From Azolla caroliniana (Eukaryota; Plantae; Polypodiophyta): 64,000 nt of DNA. Location: positions 15,314,001 through 15,378,000 of the forward strand of contig JBHGNT010000014.1 of NCBI GenBank assembly GCA_043228905.1, given 5' to 3'. The position numbers and the translations under genes were made by a program. Within the stretch, counting starts at the first letter, position 1, and each line of letters opens with the position of its first letter. The notes under the pieces were generated by a model. That model ran no database searches and was not told the DNA's origin. It was given only the letters and a program-made list of their open reading frames with translations. Positions 58,781-64,000 of this stretch are shown here, piece after piece.

Positions 58781-60431
58781 TGATCGATTCTTGGGTTTTA
58801 TGTCGTCATGCATTCTGACGGTGAAGTGAACACTTGAAGAATACATTACTAGCTCTGTATGGATTAATTATCCCCTATTGTTTTAGTGATTTAGTGATTG
58901 TGGCAACTCACCACTCAGAGAGAAAAACAGAAAAACTGAAGCTTTCTGACGTGATCCTTTGATTTCAGTGAAAAAAGCAGAAGAAGAATAAGGTTTCTGG
59001 CGATTGATCCTGTGATCTCAGAGAAAATGGCAGAAGAATCGATTTCCAAGTGATTGATCAATGATCGTATGGTGTCGTTCATGTTAAATGGCAAAGTTAA
59101 ACGAAGAGTTACGCATCGTGAACTCCACACATATTAAGTATTTGCAGTAGCTCATCGTCTATAGAAAATTACGAAAGAAGAAGTTTCCTACTTCTGATTG
59201 ATCCCGTGATTTATGATTATTGCATGTTGATTGGTTGAGCAACAGTCTAAAACTATCTCCTTTATTTAATAACTATATTTATCCCTCTGAGCTCATGATG
59301 CCAGGGTGGAGTAGTAGACTCAAGACTAAATACCTTCAATATAATGCAATTCTAGAAAGTTCATCTGGTTACAGAAATAGTTCCTGAACTATGACTAGTG
59401 AAATCAATAAAGAAATGGGGTTTGTATCAACTGTTGCAAACCTCAAATGTGGTGTGATGCAGAACTGTCCAATGGATTATAGCTACACCTGTGATTTCTT
59501 GCCTCAGCTTGGCAATATTTTAATGTAAAGACACATATTTCCATAAGATTCATTGGGTGGCGTAATATTATTTGTAAATTTCCTAATGTGAGCAACATCA
59601 TGGGGAATCTAGACTTTTTTGACTTGTTGATCTGAAACTTTTGGTGACAGACCAACTTTTGTATTATTTGTTGAAGATTTCCCATATGCTATGGGGATTA
59701 TTGCCATTGATTATGGCTTATGATTGTAATTCAATGCCATGTTACAAAGAAGGGGTTGCTGGTTGGATGTCTAGTATGGTATCTATCCATCCTATCAATT
59801 GTGGTTTGTGATTGGTAGAACTTTTATCTCCTATTTTGACGATATTGATCTCATGTTTAATGCTCAGAAAGTAAATAATAGCTTTAGATAGAGGTATCAT
59901 TAAAATAAACACATTTGTGAATGAGATAAGAGTTTTATATCTCAAGGAAGTGGTATGGTGATGCCATCTTCTAGTAACCATCTTTCTTCTCACTAGAGAT
60001 AAATGAGCAAAGTTTGTCTACTAGTTTTACCTGTAAATCCATTTGCATGTAGCTTCTTTCCTTTTTATAAAAAAACAAGAATTTTTTTTGCCAAAGAAGA
60101 GTTTGGACCATAGATTCCAAATGCAATAAAGGAAAAACTTAAAGGAACCAATTGATTTTAAGAAAAACTCCGAAGTTCCACGATATTGGTTAGGGATTAT
60201 GAGTGGAATCAACCATTGAATCTAGACTTGTCTCTTTAGTAAGATATTTAATTCCAATAGAACCAAGGTTTCAATAGCAAGAGTCAATTGTCTCATTCTT
60301 TTAGTCCTCGTACATTTTATGTAATACTCTCTCTAGATAACAAAATGACATCTCCCTCTCTCCTCTCCCTCTTGGCTAATTTCAAAAGCCTAGCTCAACA
60401 ACTATAAGTTGCATTTGTCTCAACAACTAAT

Positions 60432-60711
60432 GATAGAGAATAACAATCATACATTTGGAACTAACAATAAGAATAGGAAGTGCCCTTGGGCAATGTATCT
60501 AGCCTAACCCTTGCAGGGGTAGCCATCGGGTGGATCAACAAAACAACATACACAATTGGAGCCTAGCAGCAATGGTAGAGAGTAACCATCATACATTTGG
60601 AACTAACGATAAGAATAGGAGTGCCCTCGGGTGGTGTATCTACCCTAACCCTTGCAAGGGCATCCATCAGGCGGATCAACGCAACATACACAATTGAAAC
60701 CTAGCAGCAAC
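60432..60711. repeat. About 140-bp tandem repeat (two units, third unit begins after the MITE)
   Basis: tagaga.taac.atcatacatttggaactaac...cctagcagcaa is repeated, and the motif resumes at 61201. Confidence 0.85.
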
Positions 60712-61191
60712 TAGGAATCGATAACGGTTCAGTTTTAGCTTAACCGGTTTGGGAGTTTTCAAACTTGAACCAAACTAGCTCTTAAACCGGTCAAACTGGT
60801 TAAGCCTTAACTGGTTTATCCAAACCGATTAATCCGTAACCGCTGTAGCCCAAAACGCTCTAGTTTAGCTTGGGCCATCCCAAACCGCACTGAAACAGGT
60901 TAAGGACACTCTAATCAATTTGACCAATTAATCAAAATTGATTAACCCTCAACCGGTATAGCCCAAAACGAATCGGTTCAGCTTGAACCATCCCAAACCG
61001 AGCTCAAAACCGGTTAAGGAAGCTTTAACCGGTTTGACCGGTTTATCCAAACCGATTAACTGTCAACCCATTTAGCTGAGAACAGTTCAGTTCGGCATGA
61101 GCCATCTCAAACCGGTTAAGGAAGCTCAAGCCTAAAACGAACGGGTTTGGTGGCTCGGTTTAGGCTTGAGCGGAGCCAGTGCCGATCCCTA
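60712..61191. mobile_element. hAT-type MITE upstream of SEC8
   Basis: TIRs TAGGAATCGATAACGG and CCAGTGCCGATCCCTA. 8-bp TSD GCAGCAAC/GTGGCAAC with two transitions. Confidence 0.8.
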
Positions 61192-61352
61192 GTGGCAACC
61201 GTAGAGAATAACCATCAATGGCAGACCCCATGGGACCAGAAGGGTTTGATAAATAGCGAGGATCTCTCTCTCATATATATATATATATGTATATATATTA
61301 GGTCTTGACTTATGGGATGAATGATGTACAGGGTATATCATGGCACTTCCCT

Positions 61353-61388
<36 letters not shown>

Positions 61389-61911
61389 AGATCTACGGAG
61401 TTTGGGAGAGAGAAATTGGGGAGGAGGCCAGATATGTAATTTCGTAGAACTACAAGCCTTCATTTATGCAAACGACCAAAACACGTATATATTATGCCTT
61501 AGTTGCCACATCGAAAAGCAGGAAGCAGAGCTGAAGACAGACAGACAGACAGACAGACAGAAGGTAGAAAACCAGAGATTCAATATACATAAATAGCGCT
61601 GGAGCCATCTTCTCCTTCAGGTCTCCTCCGTTAGATTATGCAGTGCTCCTTGCCCGCGCTGCCCTACCTCTCCCCCCCCCCCCCCTCACCTTTTCATTCT
61701 TCTTCCTTAGATCCTTTCGAAGGAACTCTCCCACCTTGTTTTCCGCTTCTTCAGGTCGCGCACTTTGTTTTTTTTCTCCAGATCGCACCAATTCTGCTTC
61801 GTTACCTCAGGTTTTTTTGTACTGCTTGTTTATTCTCAACCTGCGGAGGATTCCTGATCCAAGGAAAAGAAGGAAGTTTGTAACCTCGAATTATTTTGTA
61901 TCTCCCGGATC

Positions 61912-61941
61912 ATGTATTGCAAACCTTCTTTTGATTGGCAG
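61912..61941 (+). CDS. SEC8: Candidate alternative first coding exon of SEC8 (MYCKPSFDWQ)
   Basis: Ten codons followed by a GT donor in phase 0, paralogous to 62825-62854 (MARKHSVDWQ). Confidence 0.5.
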
Positions 61942-62824
61942 GTGTGTAATATATTTTCTTATTTTATTTTTCTTTTATGAGCGATGGAACATATTTCTTT
62001 GTTTAATTTTCATTGATTCTAGAGGAAGAATTTTGTTCAATGTAGAGATAACTAGTGTATATTCCTACTTAGCTTTGCCGTTCTGAGAAAAATGACTTAA
62101 TTATGCTCTTAAGCTAGATATTTTTTTTGCTAGATTTTCTGCTTTGGATAATAATAGCTTAAATGTGCTAAAATGCTCATCTTTCGACAATCTGAAATGA
62201 CTTAGTGTCCCTCTTTTGATTGGAAGATAGGTAGTATATCACTTTGGGAATTTGCATTTGTGAGATAAAATGGGTTGAAGTGGCAATTTGTGATATGAAA
62301 TTGCTTGAAATACGTTTCTATTGAGTAGCAGATATGTAGCATATATGCTTACATGGAATCCAATATATGCATATTTTCGATCTGAAATGCATTAATGGTC
62401 CAATTTCTTTCTGAAAATGGTGCTAGTATATATCTTTGTTAGGTTTGTGGAAGAATTCCTTAAACCAGGCACTGCTCCTTTTTAAGTGATCTAACATGGC
62501 TCACAGTCTTTTGTTGATTGGTTGATATGTAGTATAAGTCTGTGAATTTGCAATCTGTGAGAGAAATTGGCATAAATGCTAACAGATGCAACCTTTGGTG
62601 ATTTGATGTGGCTCATAACAGTTTTGTTGATTGGAAGACAAATCTATGTTGGAAAATTTACTGTTTGTGAGAAAGAAAAGGAGTTAAACATGCTTAACAC
62701 ATGATCTAAAATCGTGTATTATCTCCTGCTTGGTTCACAGATATCCAGTATATATCTTTGTTTGAAGTACCATTGCCAAGCAAAATTTCCTTAAACGTGG
62801 TAAGATACATCCATCTAATCCGAA

Positions 62825-64000
62825 ATGGCTCGCAAACATTCAGTTGATTGGCAGGTATGTAATATACATAATTTTGTATATATATTCGTGAGGAACAAGT
62901 CTAATGAATGGCTGGAAGAGCTAAGCTACACATCTATTATTTCTCTCAGATTGTACAAGCTGAACTAGAAGAAATTGGTGAAGTTTGGAAACAGGCAAGA
63001 TTTGATTCGCTTCCTCACGTTGTGGAAATTCTGACATCTCAAGTTCCAGAAGATGCAATCCAAAGTTTACGTCAGCAAAGAGATGATATTGAAGACATTG
63101 TTGACGATGTTGTGAAAGGATACCACAATGGCTTCAATAAAGCCTTCCACAATTATTCCCAGGTTTGTTTGCTTTTTCCTTCTGAAAATATTTTTGGAAA
63201 AATAAAATGCAGTTGTAAAACCCTGAAGATTGACCTATAGATTATTCGTGCTAATCGAAAATGGACTATGTAAATGATTACTGATCTTTGTTAGTCGTGA
63301 TGCAGATGCTTTGAACTGTAATAATTCTGCTTTTAATGTGAGTGGTTACAGTCTGCTAAATCTGAATGCAGATACTTCGAGTGTTTAGTGATTCCACTTC
63401 TAATGTAAATGGTCTAAAGAAAGACTTGGATAAGGCAAAAGAATTACTTGGAACTCGAAACAAACAACTGCAACAGCTTTGGTATCGATCTCTCACCATT
63501 CGTCACGTTTTATCTCTACTTGACCAAATTGAGAATGCATCTCAGGTAGCAATTTTTATACTTAAAAGCCTAAAACTTTCGCCTGTCTTATTGATTTATT
63601 TTCCATCATTATGATAATGTTACAAGTTACATGAAAATTTTCGATTATGTGTTGTGCAATGTCTTTAATATCTAAGCTGACATCATCAGTTTCTCTGAAT
63701 GTTTGCATACAATGCTTATTCCTTAACAGATTCCTGGCCGAATTGAAAAATTGATAGCAGAAAAACAGTACTATGCGGCTGTGCAACTTTATTTGCAGTC
63801 AACAAGCCAATTTGATCGAGAAGGGATTAATGGGGTATCATGTGCCCGAATATAGGCATAGTCTTGATTTTATGTATAGTTGGCATTTTACTTCTTTCAT
63901 ATACTGGTACACCTTCAAGAAATTTGAACCTTGTGATTATATGCGCAGGTTGGAGCCCTTCAAGATGTTCGATCAGATCTTTCAAAGCTGCGTGGAACAC
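62825..64000 (+). CDS. SEC8: Exocyst complex component SEC8/EXOC4, 5' part; exons 62825-62854, 62950-63162, 63372-63545, 63730-63834, 63949->64000
   Basis: ARFDSLPHVV.ILTS, YHNGFNKA..NYSQ, LGTRNKQLQQLWYRS, RIEKLIAEKQYYAAVQ and VGALQDVRSDLSKLRG match plant SEC8. All introns are GT-AG, phase 0. Confidence 0.95.

Overview
Nuclear DNA of a land plant, probably a seed-free plant and most likely a fern (inferred from Tcn1-like and Phygy-like retrotransposons and a fern-like rbcL fragment). About 1-55 kb is a nested transposon graveyard. It holds two Tcn1-like Ty3/gypsy chromovirus copies, two Tork/Tnt1-like Ty1/copia elements plus solo LTRs, other decayed copia elements, Phygy-like tRNA-Trp-primed gypsy elements and LINE scraps. 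A decayed Sola2-like DNA transposon with a convergent NIF/FCP1-like gene hosts several of the insertions, and three hAT-type MITEs are scattered through the window. The last 8 kb holds a short rbcL plastid insertion, an intronless atypical HIT-fold gene (HxHxK motif) and the 5' exons of exocyst SEC8. The most notable signals are antisense tRNA-like A/B-box modules in U3 of different LTR families, a palindrome-based self-priming site that co-varies with the PBS, a -1 frameshift cassette, the atypical HIT gene and duplicated alternative first coding exons of SEC8. All family assignments come from motif recognition by eye, not database searches.
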